Source: Alphaproteobacteria bacterium (GTDB lineage Bacteria > Pseudomonadota > Alphaproteobacteria > GCA-2731375). Taken from it: a DNA stretch of 64,000 nucleotides. Each line of letters starts with the position of its first letter. The first letter of the stretch is position 1. Position numbers and translations under genes: made by a program. Below, piece by piece: positions 30,251-39,774 of the stretch. The notes below the pieces were generated by a model that saw nothing but the letters and a program-made list of their open reading frames with translations, was not told the origin of the DNA and made no database searches. The stretch spans positions 6,348 through 70,347 of the forward strand of contig JASLMH010000002.1 in the NCBI GenBank assembly GCA_030746635.1, in the 5' to 3' direction.

Positions 30251-31873
30251 ATGCCCAGAATCCAGTCTCAACTCGACACCAACAGCGATACCTTCCAAGA
30301 GAACCGCGCCGGCATGCTGGCCAAGATCGCCGAATTGCGCGGGTTTGAAGGTCGGATCCAGGCGCGTTCGGAACAAAGCCGCGAGCGGTTCGAGAAACGC
30401 GGGCAGTTGCTGCCCCGCGACCGGCTGGATCTGCTGCTGGATCGGGGCGCGCCGTGGCTCGAATTCTCCACCCTGGCCGGCTACCGGACCTATGACGACG
30501 ACGGCGAGGACAACATCACCGGGGCCCGCCTGATCACCGGCATCGGCACGGTCTCCGGCGTCCGCTGCGTCATCATCGTCGACGATTCGGGCATTACCGC
30601 CGGCGCCATCCATACCTATGGCGTGCACAAGATGATCCGTGCCTTCGACATGGCGCTGGAAAACAAGATGCCGGTGATCCACCTGGTGCAGTCGGCCGGC
30701 GCCGATTTGCTGGCCTACGTGCCCGAGACCTTTCAGAAGGGCGGCGGCATGTTCCACCGGCAGGCGAAACTGTCCGCCGCCGGCTGCCCGGTGATCACCG
30801 TGGTACACGGCTCCTCGACGGCCGGCGGCGCCTACATGCCGGGCATGTCGGATTACGTGGTGATGGTGCGCAAGCAGGCCAAGGCGTTCCTGGCCGGGCC
30901 GCCGCTGTTGCGCGCCGCCACCGGCGAGATCGCCGATGACGAGACCCTGGGCGGCACCGACATGCATGCCCAGACCTCCGGCCTGGTCGAACATGTGGCC
31001 GAGAACGACGCCGAGGCGGTACAGATCTGCCGCGACGTGGTGCGGCGGCTGAACTGGTCGAAGGGCCTTCGCCCCGGCCTGGAACGCCATTACGACGAAC
31101 CGGCCTACGATATCGACGAGATCTGCGGCCTGGTGTCGATGGACTACCAGAAGCCCTATGACGTGCGCGAATTGATCGCCCGGCTGGTCGACGGCTCCGA
31201 CTTCCTGGAGTTCAAGGCGCTGTACGACACTCAGACGATCTGCGGCCATGCCTCGGTGCAGGGCTTCCCCTGCGGCCTGATCGGCAGCAACGGCCCGATC
31301 ACCCCGGAAGGCGCCACCAAGGCCAGCCAGTTCATGCAATTGTGCAGCCAGTCGGGCACGCCGCTGGTCTACCTGCACAATACCACCGGGTTCATCGTCG
31401 GGACCGAACCGGAAGCCCAGGGCATGATCAAGCACGGCGCCAAGATGATCCAGGCCGTGAGCAACGCCACGGTGCCGCGCATCACCCTGTTTATCGGCGC
31501 CTCGTTCGGGGCCGGCAACTACGCCATGTCCGGCCGCTCCTACCAGCCGCGGTTCTTGCTGGGCTGGCCGAACTACAAATGTGCCGTGATGGGCTCGAAA
31601 CAGGCCGCCCTGGTGATGCGGATCGTCAACGAGGCCGTCGCCAAGCGCAAGGGCGAACCGATGGACGAGGCGGAATTGGATGCCCTGCACCAGCAGGTGG
31701 TCGACCTCTATGAGCCGATCTCCACCGGCTACTACCACACCGCCCGGCTGGACGATGACGGCATGATCGATCCCCGCGACAGCCGCAAGGTGCTGGGCCT
31801 TCTTTTGTCGGTTTGCGACGAGGAGGCCCGGCGCACCGTCCGTCCCAACACCTTCGGCGTGGCCCGGTTCTAG
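30251..31873 (+). CDS. acyl-CoA carboxylase carboxyltransferase (beta) subunit, tandem copy 2
   Basis: 540 aa, about 93% aa identity and about 90% nt identity to copy 1 over the full length. Confidence 0.85.
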   Translation: MPRIQSQLDTNSDTFQENRAGMLAKIAELRGFEGRIQARSEQSRERFEKRGQLLPRDRLDLLLDRGAPWLEFSTLAGYRTYDDDGEDNITGARLITGIGTVSGVRCVIIVDDSGITAGAIHTYGVHKMIRAFDMALENKMPVIHLVQSAGADLLAYVPETFQKGGGMFHRQAKLSAAGCPVITVVHGSSTAGGAYMPGMSDYVVMVRKQAKAFLAGPPLLRAATGEIADDETLGGTDMHAQTSGLVEHVAENDAEAVQICRDVVRRLNWSKGLRPGLERHYDEPAYDIDEICGLVSMDYQKPYDVRELIARLVDGSDFLEFKALYDTQTICGHASVQGFPCGLIGSNGPITPEGATKASQFMQLCSQSGTPLVYLHNTTGFIVGTEPEAQGMIKHGAKMIQAVSNATVPRITLFIGASFGAGNYAMSGRSYQPRFLLGWPNYKCAVMGSKQAALVMRIVNEAVAKRKGEPMDEAELDALHQQVVDLYEPISTGYYHTARLDDDGMIDPRDSRKVLGLLLSVCDEEARRTVRPNTFGVARF

Positions 31874-31894
31874 GCGGCCCGGGCGCCCTTGCCG

Positions 31895-33106
31895 ATGGAG
31901 TCACGCGGGCGCGAATCCAACTACGCCTGGCTGCGCGCGGTCACCGCCCTGGCGCTGATCACCATATCGGCGGTCGGCATGTACGGGGTGGTGGTGGCGC
32001 TGAAGCCGGTGGGCATGGAATTCGGCGCTTCCCGCGCCGTCGCCTCGGTGCCCTATGCGGCGACCATGCTCGGCTTCGGCTTCGGCGGCCTGCTGATGGG
32101 CCGCTGGGCCGACCGCAAGGGCGTCTTCCCGCCCAGTATCCTGGGCGTGGTGGCGCTGCCCCTGGGTTTTTTGGCGGCCAGCCAGGCCCAGGCGATCTGG
32201 CAGTTCGCCGCCGCCCAGGGCCTGCTGATCGGTTTGCTGGGTGCCTCGGCCTTTTTCGCCCCGCTGATCGCCGACACCACCCATTGGTTCGACCGCCGCC
32301 GCGGCCGGGCCGTCGCCCTGGTGATCAGCGGCACCTATCTGGCCGGCGCCGTCTGGCCGCCGATCGTGCAGCATTTCATCGACGCCGTGGGCTGGCGGCA
32401 GACCTATCTGGGTCTGGGACTGTTCTGCTTCGCCACCATGACGCCGTTGTGCCTGGTGCTGCGGCCCCGGCTGCCGGCGACGACCGCCACCGGCACGGGC
32501 GGTCTCGACCACGGCCCGCGGCGGCTGCCGGATCCGGGCATCCTGCAGGGCCTGTTGTGTTGCGCCGGCATCGGCTGCTGCGTCGCCATGTCGATGCCGC
32601 AGGTGCATATCGTGCCGCTGGTCACCGATCTGGGCCATGCCGCCCAGCGGGGGGCGGAGATGCTGTCGCTGATGCTCGGTTGCGGCATCATCAGCCGCCT
32701 CGGCTCCGGCTGGATTTCCGAACGCATTGGCGGTCTCGATACCCTGCTGCTGGGCTCCGCCCTGCAGGCGCTGGCGCTGATCCTGTTCATGGGGGTGGAC
32801 GGCCTGACCGCCCTGTACGTGATGTCGGCCCTGTTCGGGCTCAGCCAGGGCGGCATCGTGCCTTCCTACACCCTGATCGTGCGCCGTTTCTTTCCCGAAA
32901 GCGAGGCCGGTCGGCGCATCGCCGCCGTGCTGCTGGCGACCATGGCCGGCATGGCCCTAGGCGGCTGGCTGGCCGGCCTGATCTATGATCTGACCGGCTC
33001 CTACCGCTGGGCCTTCATCAACGCCGTCGCCTTCAACATCCTGAACATGGCGATCGCCGCCTGGCTGCGCCTGCGCGCCGGCCGTCCGCAACCAATGCCG
33101 GTGTAG
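31895..33106 (+). CDS. MFS transporter
   Basis: About 12 TM helices with an MFS-like pattern. ATG at 31895 (the track starts at an upstream TTG). Confidence 0.75.
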   Translation: MESRGRESNYAWLRAVTALALITISAVGMYGVVVALKPVGMEFGASRAVASVPYAATMLGFGFGGLLMGRWADRKGVFPPSILGVVALPLGFLAASQAQAIWQFAAAQGLLIGLLGASAFFAPLIADTTHWFDRRRGRAVALVISGTYLAGAVWPPIVQHFIDAVGWRQTYLGLGLFCFATMTPLCLVLRPRLPATTATGTGGLDHGPRRLPDPGILQGLLCCAGIGCCVAMSMPQVHIVPLVTDLGHAAQRGAEMLSLMLGCGIISRLGSGWISERIGGLDTLLLGSALQALALILFMGVDGLTALYVMSALFGLSQGGIVPSYTLIVRRFFPESEAGRRIAAVLLATMAGMALGGWLAGLIYDLTGSYRWAFINAVAFNILNMAIAAWLRLRAGRPQPMPV

Positions 33107-33181
33107 TCGCCCGGCGGGCGCACGAGATTTTGAAGCCGTGGGGCGGTTGCCCGGGCCGTTATCGCCCCATAGCCTGTGGCG

Positions 33182-34399
33182 ATGACCCAATCACTCGACC
33201 GGCGGACATTCCTGGGCAGCGTGACGGGGGCGGGGCTGCTGGGCGAGGGGGCCCTGGCCGCCGCCGTCACGGACCCAGCCGCGCCGCCGCCGCGCATCGA
33301 ACGCTACGTCACCCTGGGACGTACCGGGCTCAGGGTCTCGGACATCTCCTTCGGCTCGTCCTCGTCGGCCGATCCCGACTTGGTGCGCCACGCCCTCGAC
33401 CGCGGCGTCAACTATTTCGACACGGCGGAGAGCTACCGGGGCGGCGATGCCGAGGCGGCCATCGGCGAGGCGCTGATCGGCGTGCGCCAGCGGGTGGTGT
33501 TGAGCTCCAAGACCAAGGCCTGGGCCGGCGATGGCCGCCACGGGATGATGCGGGCCCTGGAAGGCAGCCTCCGCCGCCTGCGCACCGATTACCTGGACAT
33601 CTATTTCAACCACGCGGTCAACGAAGTGGCCCGGATGCGGAACCCCGAATGGTGGGAGTTCACCGAACTGGCCAGGCGTCAGGGCAAGATCCGCTTTCGC
33701 GGCATGTCGGGCCATGGCAGCCAGCTGGCGGAATGCCTGAACTACGCCGTCGACCAGGATCTGGTGGACGTTGTGCTGACCGCCTACAGCTTCGGCCAGG
33801 ATCCGGATTTCTACGACCGGCTGCGCCATCTGTTCCACTTCGTCGCCCTGCAGCCGGAACTGCCCAAGGCGCTCGATCGGGCCAAGGCCCGCGACGTCGG
33901 CGTGATCGCCATCAAGACCCTGATGGGCGCCCGGCTGAACGACATGCGGCCGTACGAGAGCGGCGGCGCCAGCTTCGCCCAGGCGGCCTTCCGCTGGGTG
34001 CTGTCCAGCCCGCGGGTCGACGCCCTGCTGATCTCGATGACCGGGAAGAGCCTGATCGACGAATACGTCAGCGCCTCGCGCGAAGGGGTGGCGCCGGACC
34101 GCCACGACCTGGCGCTGCTGGCCCGCTACGCCATGCGCCAGCAGGCCCGTTACTGCCGCCCTGGCTGTGCCGGCTGTGCCGATGCCTGCCCGCGGGGGGT
34201 GGCGATCGCCGAGGTGCTGCGCACCCGGATGTACGATGTCGACTATGGCGATCGCGACCTGGCCCGGGCCGACTATGCCCGCCTGGGCGATGGCGCCGCC
34301 GCCTGTTTGGCCTGCCGGCCCCAAGACTGCGCCGGGGCCTGTCCGCACGGCCTGCCGATCCCGCAATTCACCCGCGACGCCGCCCGCCGCCTCAGCTGA
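33182..34399 (+). CDS. Tat-exported aldo/keto reductase with C-terminal ferredoxin-like Cys cluster domain
   Basis: Twin-arginine signal DRRTFLGSVTGAGLL. AKR core (GVNYFDTAESY). C-terminal CRPGCAGCADACP and CLACRPQDCAGACP resemble 4Fe-4S binding motifs. Confidence 0.7.
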   Translation: MTQSLDRRTFLGSVTGAGLLGEGALAAAVTDPAAPPPRIERYVTLGRTGLRVSDISFGSSSSADPDLVRHALDRGVNYFDTAESYRGGDAEAAIGEALIGVRQRVVLSSKTKAWAGDGRHGMMRALEGSLRRLRTDYLDIYFNHAVNEVARMRNPEWWEFTELARRQGKIRFRGMSGHGSQLAECLNYAVDQDLVDVVLTAYSFGQDPDFYDRLRHLFHFVALQPELPKALDRAKARDVGVIAIKTLMGARLNDMRPYESGGASFAQAAFRWVLSSPRVDALLISMTGKSLIDEYVSASREGVAPDRHDLALLARYAMRQQARYCRPGCAGCADACPRGVAIAEVLRTRMYDVDYGDRDLARADYARLGDGAAACLACRPQDCAGACPHGLPIPQFTRDAARRLS

Positions 34400-35376
34400 T
34401 GGAGACCGCCGTGAGCCAGCAAGACTTCCAGATGATCGAAACGAACGGCATCCGCCTGCGGGTCGCCGTGGCCGGGCGGGGGCCGTTGGTGGTGCTGATC
34501 CACGGCTGGCCCGAATCCTGGTATTCCTGGCGGCATCAGATCGCCGCCCTGGCCGCGGCCGGCTACCGGGTCGCCACCCCGGACGTGCGCGGCTACGGCG
34601 GCAGCGATAGGCCAGCGGCGATCGAGGCCTATGACATGGCCAGCATGACCGCCGATATCGCCGGCCTGATCGGCGCCTTGGGGGAAGACCGGGCGGCGCT
34701 GATCGGCCACGACTGGGGCGCGCCGATCGCCTGGAACACCGCCCTGTTGCACGCCGATCGGGTGCGGGCCGTGGCCGGTTTGAGCGTCCCCTACACCGGG
34801 CCCGGACCGGCGCCGTTCATCGACGTGGCCCGGCAGGTCTACAAGGACAAGTTCTTCTATCAGATCTATTTCCAGGAGCCGGGCCTGGCCGAGGCGGAAC
34901 TGGAAGCCGACGTGCGCGACAGCCTGCGCAAGATCTACTATTGGATTTCCGGCGAGGGCTTGCGGGCGCAGCCGCCCAGGGCCAAGCCGGCCGATGCGAA
35001 ACTGCTGGATGGCTTGGGCGATCCGGGCGAATTCCCGGCCTGGATGGGTCCGGCGGACCTGGATTATTACGTCGCCCAGTTCGAAGAGAGCGGCTTTCGC
35101 GGCCCGCTCAACCGCTACCGCAATTGGCACCGGGATTTCGCGCTGTTGTCGCCCCTGGCGGCGCAACGTATCCAGCAGCCCGCCGCCTTCATCGCCGGCA
35201 CCCTGGAGCCGGTGCTGAACTTCGTCCCGGGCGTCGACCTGGTCGCCACCATGCGGGAAAAACTGGCCGATCTGCGTTTCGTGGAGATGATCGAGGGCGC
35301 CGGCCACTGGGTGCAGCAGGAACGCCCCGAAGAGGTCAACCAGGCGCTGCTAAGATTTCTGGCCGAGGTCGCCTAG
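34399..35376 (+). CDS. alpha/beta hydrolase (epoxide hydrolase/haloalkane dehalogenase-like)
   Basis: HGWPESWYSWRHQ and GHDWG nucleophile elbow. The ATG overlaps the upstream TGA (TGATG). Confidence 0.8.
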   Translation: METAVSQQDFQMIETNGIRLRVAVAGRGPLVVLIHGWPESWYSWRHQIAALAAAGYRVATPDVRGYGGSDRPAAIEAYDMASMTADIAGLIGALGEDRAALIGHDWGAPIAWNTALLHADRVRAVAGLSVPYTGPGPAPFIDVARQVYKDKFFYQIYFQEPGLAEAELEADVRDSLRKIYYWISGEGLRAQPPRAKPADAKLLDGLGDPGEFPAWMGPADLDYYVAQFEESGFRGPLNRYRNWHRDFALLSPLAAQRIQQPAAFIAGTLEPVLNFVPGVDLVATMREKLADLRFVEMIEGAGHWVQQERPEEVNQALLRFLAEVA

Positions 35377-35394
35377 GTCTCTTCGAGACGCGCC

Positions 35395-35471
35395 TTTGCC
35401 GCCCCGCTCCCCCACCCGGCCACCCAACGAAATCGTACGATGTGGGTGGCCGGGTGGGGGAGCGGGGCGGC
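35395..35471. terminator. 29-bp perfect inverted repeat hairpin (bidirectional terminator candidate) between convergent genes
   Basis: GCCGCCCCGCTCCCCCACCCGGCCACCCA - 17 nt loop - TGGGTGGCCGGGTGGGGGAGCGGGGCGGC. Confidence 0.6.
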
Positions 35472-35494
35472 CAGGTTCTTCCGATGCAATCGGT

Positions 35495-37075
35495 CTAAAT
35501 CGGCGAGATCGGGCGGATGCGCGGTGGGTGTTTGTCGGGGCGGCGTGGGGGACAGCGGTCGAAGGTATTGATCAGGAATTGCCGGGTCTGCCGCGGGTCG
35601 ATCACCTCGTCGATACCGAAGGCCTCCGCCGCGCGCCGGGCGCCCAGCTGGCTCTTGAAGATATCGATCAATTCCTGGCGCCGGGCGGCCGGGTCTTCGG
35701 CCGTTTCGTAGTCCCGGCGGTAGGCCACGTCGACCGAACCTTCCACGGACATGGCGCAGATCTCCGCCGTCGGCCAGGCGAACGTGGCATCGTTGTCGAA
35801 GGCCTGGCCGCCGCCCATGGCGTAATAGCCGCCGCCATAGCCCTTGCGCAGCACGATCGAGACGCGCGGCACCGTGGCCTGGCCCATTTCGAACATCAGC
35901 CGGCCGGAGCGGCGGCCCAGGCCGGCCTTTTCGGCCTCGGAGCCGATGGCGAAGCCGGGCACGTCGATCAACATCACCAGGGGCAGGCCGAAGGCATCGC
36001 ACAGGGCGATGAAATGGGCCGCCTTTTCACACGCCTTGACGTCCAGCATGCCGGCCAGATGCCGGGCCTGGTTGGCGACGAAGCCGACCGGGCGGCCGTT
36101 CAGGCGGGCGAAACTGGTCACCATGTTGCGGGCATAGGACGGCTTCTTCTCGAACACGCTGCCCCTGTCGCTGACCAGTTCGATGATCCGGCGCACGTCG
36201 TATGCCTTGCGTGGGTCCGCCGGAATGATCTCCAGCAGTTCCTCTTCCGCCCGGCCCGCCGGATCGTCGGTCGGCTGGATGGGCAGCGGTTGTTGCGCAT
36301 TGGCGGGCAGGTAGGAGAGAAAGCGCCGCACCGCCTCCAGGGCCCGATCCTCGTCATCCACGGCCAAATCCGAGATCCCGAACCGGTTGGTCTGCATGGT
36401 GGCGCCGCCCAGATCTTCCTTGTCGATCTCTTCGCCCAGGCCGGCCTTGACCAGGGCCGGGCCGGCCATGCCCATGGTCGAACCGCCGCGCACCATGACG
36501 ACGAAGTCGGCCAGGGAGGCGTAGTTGGTCGGCCCGGCGAAGCCCTGGCCCAGCATGGCCATGGCCATGGGCACCCAGCCGGAGTTGCGGGCGAAGTGCT
36601 GAAACACCGGCGAGCCGCTGGCGAAATGGCGTGAATCCTGACCGTCCTGAATGCGATGGCCACCGCCCTCCAGCAACGCGACCAGGGGGATGCCGTGGTC
36701 GCCGGCCTGCAGGATGGCACGGTTGGCTTTGTAGGACCCGTGCCGCCCAGTACTGCCGCCCAGCACCGTGTAGTCGTGCGCCATGATGGAAACGGGCCGG
36801 TCGTCGATCAGGCCGCTGCCGATGATCACGCCATCGGCGGGCGCCACCAGATCCTTGTTGAAGCCGGTATCGCGCAGGGGCTCGACCAGGCTGCCGTATT
36901 CGAGAAAACTGCCATCGTCACAGATTTCCGCTATCCGTTCCCGGGTGGTGTATTTGCCCTGGTCATGCTGATGGGCGACCGCCTCCGGCCGGCCGCCGTC
37001 CAACACCCGGGCCCGGGCCGCCTCGATTCCGTCCAGCAACTCGCGGCCGCCGCCCGCGCCATCGTCCGCCGTCAT
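35495..37075 (-). CDS. acyl-CoA carboxylase carboxyltransferase subunit (PccB/AccD5-like)
   Basis: Start MTADDG with GAGGAG SD. CT-domain pattern of propionyl-CoA carboxylase beta / methylmalonyl-CoA decarboxylase alpha type. Distinct from the tandem pair. Confidence 0.85.
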   Translation of the reverse strand: MTADDGAGGGRELLDGIEAARARVLDGGRPEAVAHQHDQGKYTTRERIAEICDDGSFLEYGSLVEPLRDTGFNKDLVAPADGVIIGSGLIDDRPVSIMAHDYTVLGGSTGRHGSYKANRAILQAGDHGIPLVALLEGGGHRIQDGQDSRHFASGSPVFQHFARNSGWVPMAMAMLGQGFAGPTNYASLADFVVMVRGGSTMGMAGPALVKAGLGEEIDKEDLGGATMQTNRFGISDLAVDDEDRALEAVRRFLSYLPANAQQPLPIQPTDDPAGRAEEELLEIIPADPRKAYDVRRIIELVSDRGSVFEKKPSYARNMVTSFARLNGRPVGFVANQARHLAGMLDVKACEKAAHFIALCDAFGLPLVMLIDVPGFAIGSEAEKAGLGRRSGRLMFEMGQATVPRVSIVLRKGYGGGYYAMGGGQAFDNDATFAWPTAEICAMSVEGSVDVAYRRDYETAEDPAARRQELIDIFKSQLGARRAAEAFGIDEVIDPRQTRQFLINTFDRCPPRRPDKHPPRIRPISPI

Positions 37076-37189
37076 CCCCAACTCCTCACGCCCGCGACCG
37101 AACCCGCGCGGCAATCGTCCACGATGCCGCGCGCGGGAAATCCTAGCAGGAATTGTCCGGCGGAGTGCCGGTGATCTGGGAGGCGTGGT

Positions 37190-38071
37190 TCAGGCGAGGT
37201 GCCGGCGGGCCGCCACGGTGCCGAGGACCGCAACGGCGAACAGCAGGATGCCGGCCGGCTCCGGCACCGAATCGGCCGGCGCGCCGGCCGCCTCTTGCGC
37301 CGTCCGCAGGTCGACCATGGTCGTCAGCGCGGTCATTTCACCATAGGAGAATTGCCGCGACAGCAGGCGCTGGGCGTTGGGCATGTTGCTGGGTGAGGCG
37401 CCTGTGGCCATCAGCGACCAGAGGGACTCGCCCGGATTGAGCTGCTTGCCGACCGCGTGTCCCAGGTTGAGGGTATGGCCGATTTCGTGCGCCACGGTGC
37501 CGGCGATGGCATTGACCGTCTTCATCATGTCGCCGGCGAAATTGGTCAAGCCGCCGATATTGTCGGTGTAGATCGACGCCAGGGTATGGCCCTGCCAGCC
37601 GGTCATCGGATCGCCGTTTTGGTTGCGCGCCTGCCCAAAGGCCTGGCCAAGGTACGAGATCGACTGCCCGACCGCGACCGAACCGATCTGCACGACGAAG
37701 AAGTCCTGGTCGCCGTTCGACGGCAAGGTGTTCGGATCCGGCGCATTGTAGGCGCCGATCACGAAGTCGATGTCCAGTTGGTTGCCGTCGCTGATCGGGC
37801 TGGCGGCGTCGTCGCCCATGGTCGGATATTGTTGAAACTTGCTGGCCACCGAGTTGAGCACCGCGGTGGTCACATCGTCCCTGTCGGCGGCCGTGAAACC
37901 GAAATCGGTGACGTCGAAATCGTCGGTTTTCGAGGTATTGAAGCTGTCGAAATCCAGCACGAAGGTCAGCGCCCTGGCGTCCGTGACGACGGCGAAGACA
38001 AACGCCAAGGCAACCAGCGCCCCCGCCGTCCATCGTAAAACCGCACCCGTGAAGGCGGTGGACCCTGTCAT
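37190..38071 (-). CDS. PEP-CTERM-anchored metzincin-type zinc metalloprotease
   Basis: Signal peptide from M29 of the track ORF. HEIGHTLNLGH is the HExxHxxGxxH metzincin motif. C-terminal DSVPEPAGILLFAVAVLGTVAARRHLA is a PEP-CTERM domain. Start uncertain (38071 or 38155). Confidence 0.7.
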   Translation of the reverse strand: MTGSTAFTGAVLRWTAGALVALAFVFAVVTDARALTFVLDFDSFNTSKTDDFDVTDFGFTAADRDDVTTAVLNSVASKFQQYPTMGDDAASPISDGNQLDIDFVIGAYNAPDPNTLPSNGDQDFFVVQIGSVAVGQSISYLGQAFGQARNQNGDPMTGWQGHTLASIYTDNIGGLTNFAGDMMKTVNAIAGTVAHEIGHTLNLGHAVGKQLNPGESLWSLMATGASPSNMPNAQRLLSRQFSYGEMTALTTMVDLRTAQEAAGAPADSVPEPAGILLFAVAVLGTVAARRHLA

Positions 38072-38407
38072 CACACCAAACGTCCCGCGAACAAACCGTT
38101 TTTGGGCGATCGGCGTGGTTCGATCGCCGCCCCCTGTTGGCGTCGACCATACCATGCGGTGTCGGCGGCCAAAAGCAAGAACGTGGTTAACGGCGACATT
38201 TTCCCTCTTTTCCTGTCACGGTCAACAAAACATCAAGCATTTCGTCGTACGCCCCTGTATGGGTCGGACGAGTATCGGCCGCCGCCAAATTACCTGTCTG
38301 TGATGTCCATCACACTCGGTTGCATGAACCGTCGATCCGAGCGATTTCATGCCACCGTGCGGCAGGGAACCTACCCTGCCGCCGGCGACGCGATCACCCG
38401 GTTGGTA

Positions 38408-39559
38408 TTAGTTCTGCACCACCGCGCCGCTGCCCAGCAGCGCCGACACCTCGTCGTCGGAGAAGCCCCAGGCCGTCAGGCCTTCGGTGGTGTTGGCGCC
38501 CATGCTCGGCGCCTGGCCGGTGACCTCCGCCTTGGTGCGGGAGAATTTCGGCGCCGGCGCCGGCTGCGGCACGCCGGCGATCTCGATGAAGCTTTCGCGG
38601 GCGACGTTCTGCGGATGGTGCGGCGCCTCGGTCATCGACAGCACCGGCGCGAAACAGATGTCCGAGCCCTCCATGATCTCGCACCATTCATCGCGGGTCT
38701 TGCCCTTGAAGACCTCGCGGAAGGTCGCGATCATCTGCGGCCACTTTTCCCGGTCGTGCTGCTCCGGCAGGTCCATCTGGTCCATGCCGGATTTCTCCAG
38801 CAGCTCGGCATAGAACTTCGGCTCGATCGAGCCGATCGAGATCCATTTGCCGTCCTTGGTCTCGTAGACGCCGTAATAGGGCGACCCGGTGTCCAGGATG
38901 TTGGCGCCGCGTTCGTCGGTCCAAAAGCCCGAGCCGTGCATGCCGAAGATGCCCATCATCAGATAGGCCGAGCCCTCGACCATCGAGGTATCGACCACCT
39001 GGCCCTTGCCCGAGCGTTGCGCCTCCCACAGCCCGGCCATCACGCCGAAGGCCAGGAACATCGCACCACCGCCGAAATCGCCGGTCAGGTTCAGGGGCGG
39101 CACCGGCCCGCTGTCGCGGGTGCCGATGGAATAGAGCACGCCTGAGAGGGAGATATAGTTGATGTCGTGCCCGGCGGCATGGGCCACCGGCCCGTCCTGG
39201 CCCCAGCCGGTCATCCGGCCGTAGACCAGGGCTGGGTTGCGTTCCAGGCAGACGTCGGGGCCCAGGCCCAGACGCTCCGCCACACCGGGCCGGAAGCCCT
39301 CGACCAGGGCGTCGGCCTGTTCCACCAGACGCAGCACGGTGGCCACGCCGTCGGGGTTCTTCAGGTCGACCGAGATCGAACGGCGGCCGCGGTTCAACAG
39401 ATCATATCGGGTGTCGTGGCCGGAAATGCCCAGGCCCGAGGGTGCCGTGCGGTCGATGCGCAAGACCTCCGCGCCCATGTCGGCCAGCAACGTGCTGCAA
39501 AACGGCACCGGCCCGATACCGGCCAGTTCCACGACCTTCAATCCCGCCAAGGGTCCCAT
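38408..39559 (-). CDS. CoA-transferase family III (CaiB/BaiF) protein
   Basis: GPLAGLKVVELAGIGPVPFC N-terminus and catalytic-Asp region typical of family III. GAGGAGG SD. Confidence 0.85.
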   Translation of the reverse strand: MGPLAGLKVVELAGIGPVPFCSTLLADMGAEVLRIDRTAPSGLGISGHDTRYDLLNRGRRSISVDLKNPDGVATVLRLVEQADALVEGFRPGVAERLGLGPDVCLERNPALVYGRMTGWGQDGPVAHAAGHDINYISLSGVLYSIGTRDSGPVPPLNLTGDFGGGAMFLAFGVMAGLWEAQRSGKGQVVDTSMVEGSAYLMMGIFGMHGSGFWTDERGANILDTGSPYYGVYETKDGKWISIGSIEPKFYAELLEKSGMDQMDLPEQHDREKWPQMIATFREVFKGKTRDEWCEIMEGSDICFAPVLSMTEAPHHPQNVARESFIEIAGVPQPAPAPKFSRTKAEVTGQAPSMGANTTEGLTAWGFSDDEVSALLGSGAVVQN

Positions 39560-39774
39560 GGCGAACCTCCTCTTCTGTCACCCGAACAAAACCACTGCCG
39601 CCGACAATAGCCGGATGCCCGGCGCGGGGCAAAACCCCCCGCCCGGCAACCATCGTCGGGCGGGCGGTGGCGGTACAACAATTCCGGGCTGTTTGCTATG
39701 CTCGGCGACTGGCTTGCCGATTCATCGGGCCTGTCAAGGGACGCGGCCTGGAGCCACGGGGCAGGGAATAGCCG

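Noticed and set aside
28538-31738. 1066-aa minus-strand ORF spanning both tandem carboxyltransferase genes
   Set aside because: It is antisense to two well-supported, SD-preceded CT genes. Its translation is low-complexity (G/A/R/P-rich) and internally duplicated simply because the template is duplicated. It is a typical high-GC shadow ORF.
37081-37140. Inverted repeat CCCGCGCGGCA...TGCCGCGCGCGGG between the metalloprotease and CT genes
   Set aside because: Probably a simple terminator/structural hairpin. There is no U-tract, and it was too ambiguous to call as a feature.
38072-38407. Possible sigma-54 box upstream of the PEP-CTERM metalloprotease (TGGCATgaaatCGCT)
   Set aside because: The GG to GC spacing is one base short of consensus and there is no TTGC. 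Not convincing enough to annotate.
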